64,000 bases of DNA, taken from assembly GCA_973895155.1 (NCBI GenBank), contig OZ316893.1, positions 2,130,420 through 2,194,419 of the forward strand, given 5' to 3'. The notes under the pieces were generated by a model that worked only from the letters and a program-made list of their open reading frames with translations, searched no databases and was not told the DNA's origin. This document shows positions 50,998 through 64,000 of this stretch, one piece after another. Position numbers and translations under genes: made by a program. This DNA is from Marsupella aquatica. Its lineage: Eukaryota; Plantae; Marchantiophyta. How positions within the stretch are numbered: the first letter of the stretch is position 1; every line of letters starts with the position of its first letter.

Positions 50998-53632
50998 CAA
51001 TACATCCTCCGACAAACTTCCTACTAAGGACATGTATCATTGTTTTTGTTTGGTGTGTCCCCTTGGTAGCATGACCGTCACCCTCAACGCCTTAGGCTTG
51101 CCCTTGGCCCCCTTGAGGCACCACTACCCTCATATATATATTTGGTGACCTGCCACCCTAGGACAACTTTGGTCCCCTAATTTTGGCCCCCCGCCAGGAC
51201 TCCAACCCAGTCGACTGGACATGCAACTAACTAGCTAGGCCCGTACCTGTCTACTTAGACGTCTGTAGGTGAAGTGTGTTAGCCCGTTGTGATTGGACTA
51301 ACATGGTGCTCATGTCAGGGCCCTCAAAAATCATTGTCAATCGAGGGTCCCGTTTGGCTCAGCCTGAGGAATGCCCATTCTCAAGTGTCAAGTGTCCATT
51401 CCGCATGAATTAAACTTCTATGTACTTAGGCTCAAGAGGAGTCAGCTTTCACTCAACCCCTAAGAACTCATAGTTTGTGGAGGGGTTCAAGCAATCCACT
51501 CCAAGCCTAGCCCATCCAATTTTCCGATGAGCTCTCAACAACCACGCTCAACACCTTGTCTTTGCTAGGGCAATGCTTCCTTGCTCTCAAGTCTCCTCAC
51601 GCTTAGTCCCTCTTTTGGATGGCCATCCCAGGCCTTGGCCATCAAGGAGCTTCGTGTTGGAGTCAGCAACCCCTAAACTAACTAGTAGAGTAGTCGAGTT
51701 ATGCAACTTCTTTTGTAAGGGCAACACCTCTTTTGTGGAACTACTTCCTTTACACAATGACATCTTTTACACAACAACCTGTCTTACACACCAACATCTT
51801 TTGCACAATGACATTAGTTTTGCAATGACTTGTGCCACACAATGTCATAGTTTATGAAATGACATCCTTTACGCAATGACATCTTTTGAGCAACTAATGG
51901 GTATTGAGATAGTACCAGAAAAAAACCCTTGTAATCTAAGAATATGGACTATTTTTTAAATGCTGTTTTTTTAAGATATAGCTTGATGAAATCTACATCA
52001 TGTTCCATCAATGATAAACTAATATGATGACACTGATAATGAGAAATTATTTTCAAAATGACAGTATATGTGACATTAATACCATGTGGTACCTGGAGTA
52101 CTTTTTAAGAAAACTTGTGGTTTGCGCAAATCATGGGTTGTGGTAACTGCACATAGAAAATAGCACCACCCAAATAGCTAGAAGAAATTACACTCAGCAA
52201 TATAAAAGAACAACTGGATTATTGTGATTGGAAAATCCATTAAACCTGTGAGCACTTGCCATGTAGCACATTACACCATATATTTCTCCTTTTCGTGTAC
52301 AAATAGACAACAATGGAATACCCTTAACTAGTCCCACCACCACTATTCTAGGCCTTTGCATCTTTCTGGTAACCTATTTCCACCAACCTCATGAAAGGTT
52401 CTTGTTGGGGTTCTTGCCACCTACAGGCCATTTGTGCGGCTTGCTCATGGACAGCTTCCTCTTTGTTGAATACACAACCTTGTGAACAAGAGAAGGGCTC
52501 CACCTTGTTTCCAGGCCTTTGTGGGTACTGCATAATTCCTGGTAATGCATGCCTGTATGTATATTAATTCACCAAAAGCGCCAAGTCAACAGGATGCTTG
52601 TTTCACATTATTATATACCAAGTCTCTACACTCTCCACATTCGAAGACATTCAACGATTGCTTGCATCTGACTTAAATGGAATCGTCATGATTGAGTGCA
52701 AAGATGCATTGACTGAGTGTTTTTGAAAAGAATTCTAGTTGTCGTTGGGATCCTAGCGCCTTCAAAACCCATCCCTTAGCATTGAGTATTGTTCCCCTAT
52801 CAGCTATCAGGTGCAGGTATCAGGTTTCAGTCACTCCATCAATCTCTTGAGAGTGGAATGTTCCCAACGAGCGAGGCCACCGAGATGACTTAGCCGGGCT
52901 GTTGAGTTTTAGAAAGTGACTCAGCAGGGTTAACTAAGTGGATTTTCCGTATGTTTGCTCAACCAGCCCTCATAGTAGAAAAGTAGTTGAGTGAGGTCAG
53001 GCAAGTGGGCAAAGCTGCCAAGGGAAAAAGTGGCTCAGCAAAGTCAGGAGGGAGGGAACTTGCCAGCTCAGCCCGCGAATAGAAAAGATCCGACACTCAA
53101 CCAAAGGTCAAATTGATGTTTGAGCTTGGCAAGACCCTCAAGGGTCTCACTTTGGCAAAAATGACACATCACGTGCGATGCAGCATGTGCTTGTTTTCTT
53201 GGTTCAAAGAAATATTTTGCACAATTAGTTGCTAAAGAACATTATGATCTTTTAAATCCATCATTCTGTAAAGACATACAAGACAAGATAGGGTATTGTA
53301 AACCCATATTCCAAATTAGTAGGGGTAACAGGAATTGTTTCCTTAATCTTAGGATGCCTGAGCCTTCAAGACATTGCATGTGCTGAGGGCTCCATATGGT
53401 GAGACATCCAAGGCCCAAACCAAGGCAAGACCGGTGAGCTTCAGTGATACATGTGACCGATACCTGATGGGGTTAACAACCTCCTTGGCATTGATGAATT
53501 AGGCCTCTAATTTTGCATGGTGATGTGTAGGTTATAACCAACACCTTGGTAGGACCAATTAGACAAAATGATATGAGTGATTGAGCTGGCTCAATGCTGG
53601 CCAGATTTTTATAAACAATATACAATGCGCGA

Positions 53633-54248
53633 TGTAAGGCGACATTCACAACGTTAAGCCCATGATCATCCAACGCACAAGTAATTGACAGAGAGAGATA
53701 CATGGTTCAACTCAACTGAGGCTACGTCCATGAGAGCACACAAGAACACTCGCGGCCCGTCGGCCAAACCGAGTCTCTACAATAGAAGTTCTCCCAATCT
53801 CTCAACAGGCTCCGTCACAATGAGCTTGAGTTCCTCCTATCATGGAAGCAAACAATACTTGGGCATTAACCTAACCAAGTCCGTAACCCAATTTACGAGG
53901 GGAACTTGAATTTTGTAGAGGGGATTCTAGAAAACAAAAGTCAGAAAAAGTTGATTGGACCCAGTGCCAAAGTGGACAGGGACCTACTAGGGAAGTCCCT
54001 GGTCATAAGAGAGTGTCCACAACTAAGGTTAGCCATAACTACGGTTATAGTTGTAAACCTAGACTTAAGAGTGAATTCTCCTATCTCTGAACTGGCTTCG
54101 TAACAACGAGCTTGAGTTCCTTCCATCCAAGCAAACACTATTTTGGGACATAGTTTGTAACATGACTAACCTAACCAAGTTTGCAATTAAAGTTAGCCCT
54201 AACTATGGTTATAATCATAACCCTAGACTTAAGAGTAAATGACTAACA
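53633..54248. mobile_element. LTR-like sequence related (inverted) to 22553-22897, with internal duplication
   Basis: TGTAAGG...CTAACA termini. Reverse-complement similarity to 22553-22870 (e.g. CCCATGATCATCCAACGCACAAG, CACACAAGAAC, CTAGACTTAAGAGT twice). No TSD found. Confidence 0.5.
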
Positions 54249-54535
54249 ATTTTAATGTGTAAATGACAGGGATGGAAACCTCTATTGCTTTATAGGTAAG
54301 AATTTAATTTATTGTCACGAAGAACAAGATGGGACAATACTTAATGAATGCCACCAGCACATACAAGCCATCAAACAAAACTTTGGGGAATGTCATCCAA
54401 TACTTTTGCCTATCATTCCTGTCTTAAGGATATCAGATCTTCTACAGTACTTGTTTTACCTTTAAAACCAGATTTCCAAATTTCTGGTATTCCTTTCAAA
54501 GCATGACACCTATCTTTAGAAAAAAATATACACAC

Positions 54536-57500
54536 TTTTTATATACAAAGGGACCAAACAGAGTACAAATGAACAAACAAAAGAGGGCCCAAGTGGACAA
54601 AACCAATCGAAAAAGAAGTGAGCAAAAGGGAACCACTAAACACCAAGAAAGAGGAACTAAAAGTAAGAAATGAACAATAGGGAACCCCTAAAAACCAAGA
54701 AAGAGAGAGAGACTAAAACTAACCCAAGCGGACCGAGGTCCTCATCATTCCTACCGATTGTGGCAAAAAGCTAATGGTCCACATCAAGAGTCAAAACTAG
54801 ATCGGCAAGTGGGATTGGAACATCCTCAAGGGGAGCTAGCCGCTGCGGAGGCACACTAGCACCCACTGTAAGAGATCGACGATAGATGGCCCGAGCTTGA
54901 GCACGCTGTAAGGTGACTGAAATGCGTTGGCGAAAGTGCGTGGTCAAAATAGAAAGCGGGGGTCCGGTGGGACCCATTCGGCCATGAACATCCCGGGCAG
55001 CTTGCCGAAGAAGCCCATCAAACTGAGGATGAAGACGCCCAAATAGCTCCACAGCAAGGGGGAGGAAGCTGTCGGATGAAGCTCGTGCAGCATATTTGGC
55101 CTCCTTCGTTGTTGCCGCACGTGACGCTGCTGCCCCTGCCGTAGTTGCCGCTGTCCCAATGATGTCTTGGCGCAATGGGTTTGCCACCACAACATCTGCC
55201 AAAGTACGTTGACCCTCACGGACCATGGTAAGATCCACCCGTAACCGCTGTGATGGAGGACCAGGTAACTCGAGTACCACCTCCCGCCGCACGCATACCA
55301 AAGAGCCAGAGAGAACCTGAGCAGTCGCATCTCGCACAGCGTCGTGAACAATAATGGTTTCACCTCCCAAACTGCACCGAAGAAGATGGACACCTGTGGC
55401 ATCACAAGGCTTCCCACAAGTGCAAGAAGGAGGTAAACCTGCAAGAAGTGGGTGGGGCAGCCCCAGACGAAGACGCATGGCTGTGGAGAACTCCGTTGAA
55501 GACATCCGCAAATGAGGAATGACTGGATTGGCCTGAAGCCATCCACCTGCGCCCTTCCCTCCGGAAGAAAGAATCCGAGCTCGGTCCGTGTCAGGTGCCT
55601 CGGAGAGGATGCTGGAAAGGGTGAAAGTGTGTGCATACGCCCAGCGAGGTCTGCCTGAAGACGAACGGGATCCAAGGATAAAAACTCCTGGAAAGAAGGT
55701 AACGCGGCGCGAACGGGATCTGGTAATGAGGACCGCGCTGCGCGCAAATGAACCTGAAACGGGAGGGAACCCTCCTCTACCTCCATGAGAGATGAAAGTA
55801 AAAAAGGGCGATCCTCAATAAGAAAACGATCGGCCAACAACGAGAAGGCGGCCGCCCATGCACCCAAAAAGGCCAAAGGTGCAAGGCTCTCAATGGAAGT
55901 AAGCCCAAAACCACCCTGCGAAATAGGAAGACTGAGTTGTCGATGAAGCCACGGAGATGAGAGCAACGTACCCGGACCTAAAAGAGAGGCCAGGGTCTGA
56001 CGAATGGAGACATCAAATGCTCGAAGGTGGAGACAAAGATCCTCGGTAGGGGGATGCGTCCTAGCCAGATAAGACGCACGAGGGTGGATGCACCTCAACA
56101 ACATCCCAAATGCTGCCTGAGAATCTGCTAACTTAGGGAGCATAGGAGTATGGGCTAAGGCAGCCTGTATAGAGTCAGCGATGAAAGATGAGCAAAAGGA
56201 GGCGGTACCGACTGGGGAGCCAAGGACCCGAAGACCATCGGCTGGACGTAAGAACCCTGGGGGAAGCACAAGATCAGAGGGTAACCCAGTTGGACTCCAT
56301 GCACGACTCTTCACAGGCTGAACTCGTAAACCGAGGCCCATCAAATGGGTGGAAAGAGTGGCGAGGGCAGAAGTAACCGCGGCAGGAGGACCAATGATGT
56401 GGGTGTCATCTGAAAGGGAGGGGAAGATACACTGGGGGTGGGCCATGGCAGCTTCCCGTAAAGCTGTAAAATGGGCAATGGCAAAAAGAGGCCCACCCAA
56501 AGGGTCACCCTGACGTGTACCTTCTGCAGAGGAAAGAGCGGTATACACACCTGTAGAGGAGTGATGACTATAGAAGAGTGGGGCCTCGAGTTCATAAAAA
56601 CAACGGACAAAGGGGATCAGGGACTGGATGTCTGGATCCGCCGCCCTCAAAGCACGAAAAATGGCTGCCCGAGAAACCGTATTAAAAGCGTTAGAGACAT
56701 CAACCTGGAGGACAACCCAATCAGGGTGGAGGTCCAATGTAGCTCGAATACCCGCAATAACCGTCTCACAACCGCCAGGAACGCCAACTGCAAACTGATG
56801 TGGAGAGAGATGATCCGATAGTGCAGAGCGAAACTGTGAGGAAAGTGTGCGAGACACAAGACGAAGAAAAACCTCCCCAATAGCAATTGGCCGAACACCC
56901 GGCGAAGACTTAGCCATGGCCAATAAACGAGAAGCACTCAAGAGCCGAGAGACGGGAGGAGGCAAACGACCGGCTGCAATACACTGGCAAAAGGAGAAGA
57001 AAACTGGAAAACCAAACTGAGGATCCTCAGGGGGGAATAAATCACGAAAATGCTCAAAGACATAGCCGGAGGGGCCACCAGCAGAACAACGCGGGGCATG
57101 GAGGAAGGCATAGGTGAAGTGGTCCCTACTAAACTGAAGATCCTCCTCAGGCTCAAAATCCTCGACAAACAAAGGGAGCTGATCATGGGGCTGCGGATGG
57201 AGATCCTGAAGGGCCAACGAGGTGACCTCGCCAGGGGGGGCTGGTGTGGTGGGAGAAAGGGCCTGGACAGCCCGACGATATTCACCAGCCTGGGCTAAAC
57301 GACAAGAGCGACAAAGACGTCTATGCTCAGGGGGATGAGAGTGGCGAGCTGGGTCAGACAAAGCACGGGCGGTAAAAGACCGGGCGCGAAGAAAGTACTC
57401 TTCCTGAAGCTGCTCCCAATCTCCCCGTAAAAAATGATGGATACGAGAGGCAGTCTCACGGTGACCCACACGACCACCATGACTAGGGAGGGTAAGAGTC

Positions 57501-57913
57501 CACTGTGGAAAAAGCATCAGTAAAGACCAATAGGAGACCTCCATAGGATGCGCCAAGATAAGCTGCATGAGTTGCAACAAGGAGGACCGAACTATAGGGC
57601 GCAGCGCCAGAGGAATGTGGTTATAAAGGCGAGGTCTAATGTACCCTGGATGGTAGGCTGGAAGGGGGTCTAGAGTGCGAACCCAACTCCATGCCTGCTC
57701 GGGAGCCTCCAAGGAGGGAGGGGCAGAGCTAACCGGGTCAATAGGGGGCTGAGGCTGGGATTGTGCTTGCTGGCGACGATGGCACCGGCCCCGCCCGCGA
57801 TGATGAGGGAGGGAGATGCCAACCCATCCACAGTCAGGACAAGTATGTTTCCTCTCATCGAGTCGATCACAAGTTACACCTGATGATGAGATGGATTGAT
57901 TTTCAGAAAACAT
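54536..57913 (-). mobile_element. CRE-like (restriction-like endonuclease, R2 group) non-LTR retrotransposon
   Basis: Single ORF with Zn finger, RT, Cys/His knuckle and RLE, followed by a T-rich 3' UTR ending in a short A tract (TTTTT at 54536-54540 on +). The 5' boundary and TSD are not resolved. Confidence 0.85.
54771..57913 (-). pseudogene. Retrotransposon ORF: zinc finger + reverse transcriptase + restriction-like endonuclease, one frameshift at ~55615-55640
   Basis: CPDCGW...HH...C; RPIAIGEVFLRLVSR, QFAVGVPGGCE, DVSNAFNTVSR, GTRQGDPLGG, LSDDTHI, LGSPVG, SQGGFGL. The shifted frame reads DRARILSSGGKGAGGWLQANP...MRLRLGL, CTCG..CDATGVHLLRC....HDAVRD, RVDL...LADVVV, KEAKY, FLPLAVELFGRL. Confidence 0.9.
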
Positions 57914-60388
57914 ACATGGCCAAACTGAAAAAGAGCAAGAAATGAAGTACAGCAGGATGAACAAATAACTTGATTGTGGGTCCACATATAAACCCTTTTG
58001 GGAGAGGAACCCCACGCTCAAACGCGTCATCTTTTCGGACACTAAATCCAAGAGGTGTGCAGCTGATGGGCCAAGGACCTCTTCCTACACCCTCACCTCT
58101 AATAGTGTTAGGTACTAATTAGTATATGTGGGAAATTAGAGGGGGGTAGTGAGTTTCCACTCTAATTTGCATGCTAGCACCTGGGCCACCCACTCTCTTT
58201 CCACTTGGCCAGAAACAATTGTTTTAACTGGATGTCTGTTTTTTAAATTCAGAAAGCACTCATTGTGGTGAACAGTGTAATAATGAGTTGTGTATGTCAT
58301 AGATCAGGGTATGCTCAAAGTTTATGACTGCAAAGGAGTCAGCCATTCTATATTCTGATCATTGTAGATTATCAAGTAGCAACCCCACTTTCAAACTGCA
58401 CCCTCAAATCCTTGGGCTATGGCAGTAGCCACACTCGAGTTGGGATTTCAATCAGTTGTGAAAAACGCTTGGGACAATTAAGATATACTGATTTCAAACA
58501 TACTTAATACCTGTAGATTCCCCCTCATTTTATATCTACACTATATCTATCTATACTATAGTATAGTATACTATAATATACTATACTATACTTGGTAATC
58601 TCAACCTACCATTTATGAACCGCTGTGTAAAGTGAATCCACATCTACCCTCTCCAACCCACGCAGATGGCTAGGAGAGAAAAGGGAAAATCAGGAGTAAT
58701 AAAATTCGAAAGTGAGGGGGAAGGTAAAAAAGAGGAAAGGGAAAAGGGAGGGAAGGAATTTACAGGTATTTAAATGGAGGTCATCAACTTATGTGTCATA
58801 TTTCAAAGTCTATTATAATCCAGAACCCTGGGGAGGATTTTTTAACCAGGCCAATAGGAGGGGGTAGCCAGAATGGGGTTGGTCAATTTTTTCTTCTCCC
58901 AACACCCTCTGTCCTGTACAAGGACTTGCCAAGTCTCAATTTCCTCGCCTGATTCTCACCTCACCTCACCTCACCTCATGCCTGGCTCTTGCATTATTTC
59001 TCGCTCCCTATTTTGCACATTCCATCCCCTACTTGTCCGTCTAGTTCTGCATCCTTCAAGTCTATGGAATTGTGCACAAGAACATTTTGAAAATGACACA
59101 TGCATGCTCTGCAATGCAAAAATGGCGCATGCTTCGCAATGCCAACTCTTTCACACTGACAACATGGCCGCAATGACAACTGTGCAACGCGCGGCATTGG
59201 GCTAGTTCAAACACGGAACACTGCAAATTAAGGTGCACTCCTTGTGGCAGATGTTGAAATGAAGTTAGAAACAGGCCCCCATCACAAAAACGTGCATAAC
59301 TGATTTCTAAGGAAGGTTGGACTAGGTAAGACATAGGGGAAGAAAAATGCGGTTCCCCAAACCGTGCTTCCTAAACTGGAAACTTTCCTTGGCCGCAGGG
59401 CCAAGGATGACAAAGCAACGATATCTTGGCTCTTGCAACAAGAGGCTATAGTTTAATCTTAGGTCATCATTTTGTACTTTGAAAAACCACTTTTGAGAAA
59501 AGTTTATTCATTTAGTTTGTTAAAGAATGGAAATAAGCCTGAGTAAGAGGGCCACACAACTGGCCCACACACTCATGCAAGGAAATTCAAAATTTTATAA
59601 CACCAACCGAAGCCCTTGGGCCAATTATAGAGAATTCTGGGCCTGGCTGGTGACCAAAAAGAACTTGACAAACAATGGACCACCGAAGACCTGTCTAATC
59701 ACCTGAAGGACAAGACCAACAGGAAGATAAACTCCACACAAACAGGAAGGAGAAAACCTTTTTCGAATAAATTGCCATATCCACCATCTAGGGGAGGACA
59801 AAATGTGCCTAATTTTGGTAACATGGATCCACCAGGTTTTCCATTGAGGAGGGTGGCGGTTAAAAGTGGCTTTACAAGACACCGGTGGCCCATTGTCTTC
59901 TGTCTAATCCATCTGGGAATAAATGTGGACCATATAATGAATGAAACGGCTGTAGTTGGCATTGCAAGAACTCATAGGCCCATTCATGTACATGGTGTCT
60001 ACTCCTCTACACGGCAACGAGTGGGCCCATGTAGATGCTGATGTGGAGTGAGTGTTCTGTCCAGAAGTTGCAAATTTTGGGTCCTCATGCAAAAGAATTG
60101 GATTTGTTGGAGATATTTCAAAATATTTTTGGTTTGGAGTCTATCTCTAGAACAAGAAGAGGCCCTGCTGTTTGCTTTGGTCTGAAAAAGTCACTTAGCC
60201 ACCCTATTGGTCTAGCCAGAGTGGCGAGGAGATTGGAGCCTATGACCACAAGGTCTATAGTTGAATTTGCAATGGTGTGTTTCAGGTGCAATCCCAACAT
60301 ATATTAACATTGTTATTTGTCCTAGCTAGGACAGACTTATCTTGTATAATTTTCATGCTACTGTAAGTCAGGCAAGAAGGTCAATCTT

Positions 60389-60710
60389 TTTTTTTCCTTG
60401 AAAACCAAAAGCAGGCCCATCCAACAGAGGATAGACGTCCTGCTCAGGAGTATGCATTTCTACATAGGGCAACCACAAGGGGACAATACACGGGGATCCG
60501 ACAGGGACCCAGACCAGGAGGGAGAGAGGATTAAACTACAACCCCAAAGCGGCCAGCTAGGGGCTGAGGGGATAATCAATATTCCCACCACTACACCCCA
60601 CCCACACACACATATACCCTCCACACCCCTTGCGTGTGGAGGGAGGATTGAACCTGGGACCTCTTGGTTCTAGGCTCATCCTCTGGCCAACTAACCAAAG
60701 CCAGTTGGAT
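60389..60710 (-). mobile_element. tRNA-derived SINE (~320 bp)
   Basis: The minus-strand head has an A-box-like TGGTTAGTTGG and a B-box GGTTCAATCC. It ends in an A tract (T9 at 60387-60395 on +). It is flanked by a 15-bp direct repeat with 2 mismatches, AAGAAGGTCAATCTT (60374-60388) / AAGCATGTCAATCTT (60711-60725). Confidence 0.75.
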
Positions 60711-63700
60711 AAGCATGTCAATCTTGGCCCTGCCCATCTTAGCTTCAATTTCTATCTGGGTCATCCATAGTCTCTAGTAGTATCTTGGGTCTTGGGTGAC
60801 TTGCTTGCTAGGCCTGTCAAGACCCCATCTTTGACACTTCATTGCCAAGAAATGTGTTTGTTTTGAGAAAATGTTGACTTTTTCCTATACATTGTCATCT
60901 TGCAATAAAATTTCTTTAAAAAATAAGTTTAAATGTTAATAAGAATGATGAAGAAGAATAAGTTTTAAATGTTAACAAAAATGAAGAAGAATGATACTAA
61001 ACACTACTAAAACACGTGAGAACAAACCAATAAATTTGAAAAAAGAAAACTGAAAATAAATTTAATTAAAAAAAACCTTGCACCCTTTATTATACTATTT
61101 TGACAAATTTTTATATACCTTGTTGAATATAAAATCAATTTTGACAAAACTTGGATTTTGAAATGTCTTTAGTATAAGTATTTGATTATAATTATTAGTC
61201 CAATAAGATTATAAATAAATAAAATTGTGTTCACACTTTGTTCTAATAATCCAAAAAGTGATTCCTCAGGGATTGGCCCTCTATTGTATCTTGTGCTGTT
61301 TCACTCTGTGGAACGAAGTGCATGTTTTTCAAGGCAACAAAGCAATAAAGGTTTGGGGGTTCTGTGCTTAAAGAATGGTGGCAAGCTAGGGGATGGATGC
61401 TGTTTGTTTTGTCTCCAAATAACCCCACAACGCCCAACAATTTACTCAGGGTGGCTTTACAAGATCTGGGGCGACTGTTGCTTTTTATTCACTTTGAGCC
61501 CATTTAGGTGTGTTGACTTTCAATTTTAAATGCAAAGAAGTGTGCCCAAGAAAATGCCGATGTGACCTTCTATTACTTCACGAGTGTGTTGAGTGTTTAA
61601 TTTGTGTAGTACCTTCTTTTTAACCACCAGAGGAGGTAAACCTTTCCAAAGGGATTATAATTTATTGTGGTTCATCTCAAAATATTTTGGGTCTGGAGTC
61701 CATCTTTAGAACAAGAAATGGCCTTCCAGTTTGCGGGGTGGAAAAGGGGGGGGGGGGGGGGGGGAAGTCACAAGTACCACGTCTACATCTTATAAAGCCA
61801 CCCTCAACGAAAATCTCAGTATGTGGTCAATTGTGGGCCTTGCAACCTCATCTAGGCCACCATGGAAAAACGTAGGAGGATGTGGGAGGAGCTTTAATTT
61901 GGACCATGATCGTGTGTGAACAAGTCACTCATGAGACGGAGCCCCCAAAAGGGGTCACTTATGAGTAGGAGATAGAGTGGGAAACAAATGTGGACCAACA
62001 AGTCCATGTACACGGCCCACCCCAACTCAACTTTGCCCCTCATCCACCCACCCACTAGGGACCCTTTATTGCATGCAGTTTGATTTACCCTAAGAAATTG
62101 CACCTTGCAGTATTTTAATATCACCTCGTGCGACACGAATTGTTCAGTGGTGAGGCCATGATTGGAAGCCGCCAGGAGCCTTTCTAAATATTCCCACTGA
62201 AACCTCCGTGAGAGATAAACATATTTAACTTTTACGTTTGGGAACCATCACCTCTAAAACCATTATGACCGGATCGAGACGTCCAAAGGCTGCTGCCACT
62301 AAAATAATGTGAGGTTATAGTAACGCCAACGTCCTGCGCAGTATTCACTTCCGTTGGATAAAAACATTCCTTGTGCACGATAAAATTAGTCATTAATAGT
62401 TCCTCTATAATGTGCCTGACTTTGTTTGTCAACGAGGAACAAGATTGCATGATTTGCATGATTTGTGATAGCATGGCAAAAATATACAGTGTTCACCGAT
62501 ATCAGTGTTTGGGTTTGTCCATTACCGACTGGAAGTAGTGTTTGAAGCTCATTTTAAGTAACAATAATTGAGGCTTGTGGCATTTAGTGTTACAGCAGCA
62601 TTAGTGTTAGTCAGCCCAGTATAACCAATTAGGGAGAACAGTGTTAGTAGTTTTTTCTTAAGGTCACTACCACTAAACCCACATAAGCTTTACTGAGTTA
62701 CATCACGGACTAATAGTGCACATAACACTAGATACAATCCAGCCATAACTCGAGCCCAGCAGCATGAAACCCCATAAACCTCACACCAAAAAGGATAGGG
62801 TAAACGCAGAGTCACACATGAAATTGCTAATAATGATTGAAATCCAGTAGTTTAGCCTTCAACATAGTATCTAGAATACTGTATGGCATCAGCAAACCCT
62901 TACTATAACAAAGCAATCAGAGGTATTCTTCTTCCTGTGAATAGTCGGGCCTAGAGGAACCTAACTCCACAGGTGCTAAAATTGAATTGTAGCGAGTTTT
63001 ATTGTTCCCTCTCCATTGTAGCTAGCTAGTAGCTTTTTGCAATTGTGCTTGACCTGTGCTTTAAATAAAGATCATATCATTTGAAAGAGAAATAGCAGGC
63101 AATAGAGATTGAGCACAAAAAGGAGGAAAGGAACTCAGACAGACCAAAGAAAACCTTGAGTACAATTAAAACACTCCTCAGCAAGCTATTTCCCTTGTGA
63201 GTTGTCTGCCATTTCACGCACCCTTGCAATAGTATTATTTATGGGATTAGGTCTACGTCAAGGGTTGTCACTAGATTTGCAAGATAGACATGGATATCTC
63301 AAATGGATCAACCCTCTGATGACGTTGGGGCAGTAATGCCTACTAACTAGCTAGTAGAGATCTAGGCTAGATAGCTCCTAAAGTTTGTTAGTACCAGAGT
63401 AGGGTAAGGCGGGTTCATCCATAAGGATCATCGGCACATATAATGCCTCTCCCATCAGAGATATATATGACACTCCCAAAGAAGAAAAGTACCAATGGGA
63501 GACCAAATCAAAGGGAAAAAGCAAGGGAGAACCAAGGACCAAAGAGCAAAAAACACCTTGAGAGGCTCACACAATGGCCAAGGAACTAAAGCCCAGGTCT
63601 ACTCAGCAGTAAACTAAAATACCTGCTATTGTTCCCCAGCAAACCAATTGGACCCCTGAATCAATGTTACCTGTCAAACTAAGCAGACACACTGTCAGAT

Positions 63701-63750
63701 GTGCTTCTTGTCCAACAAGGGGTCCAACATTTAATAACTTCTCAAATTTT

Positions 63751-64000
63751 TGTCATACCATTGTTAGGAATTGACTGAACTTCCCGAACATAGTTAGTTG
63801 GGCCTAGTATGGTTAGTTAACCCTTGATTAACTTGAGGATTAGGTTAGCGTAAGATCCGCTTACTTTTAGGCCCACACATCTTAGCTCCCCTTGGGGGGT
63901 ATAGGTTGGAGGGAGAACATTCTCTTCCTCATTTTTTACATGTACTCTCATATGCTATGGAACTTTCAAGAGTTTCTCCACTTTGATGTCTCATTGGTGT
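63751..64000 (-). mobile_element. Possible LTR end with an adjacent degenerate PBS
   Basis: TACCA-T-TGTTAGGAATTGAC reads on the minus strand as ...CCTAACA followed by TGGTATGA. The start resembles the LTR at 22553 (TGTTAGGATTTAC). Confidence 0.3.

Noticed and set aside
58979-58997. miR160-like TGCCTGGCTC
   Set aside because: Only 10 nt match and there is no complementary hairpin arm.
59620-60310. Possible degraded LINE 3' fragment
   Set aside because: No continuous frame or convincing RT/zinc-knuckle motif could be read.

Overview
Eukaryotic, gene-poor, transposon-rich nuclear DNA from a land plant. A bryophyte-like host is a guess from gene style only. The main feature is a complete 17.0 kb CACTA (En/Spm) DNA transposon at 5481-22482, with CACTA TIRs and a 3-bp ATT target duplication. 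On the minus strand it carries a spliced TnpD-type transposase and a 9-exon TnpA-like gene. Upstream of these is an unusual co-oriented cargo cassette: an EDM2-like composite PHD-finger protein, a tandem-BRCT protein resembling the DNA polymerase lambda N-terminus, an F-box-like protein and one or two orphan ORFs. This copy is decaying, with six in-frame stops each explicable by one C>T change, plus a frameshift. The only clear host gene is a 3-exon Yippee-like (YPEL) gene at 30672-33695. Also present are a near full-length CRE-like non-LTR retrotransposon (RT plus restriction-like endonuclease, one frameshift), a tRNA-derived SINE with a TSD, a Mutator-like foldback element, several MITEs, solo-LTR-like sequences and local duplications. 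All homology calls come from motif recognition by eye, not from database searches.
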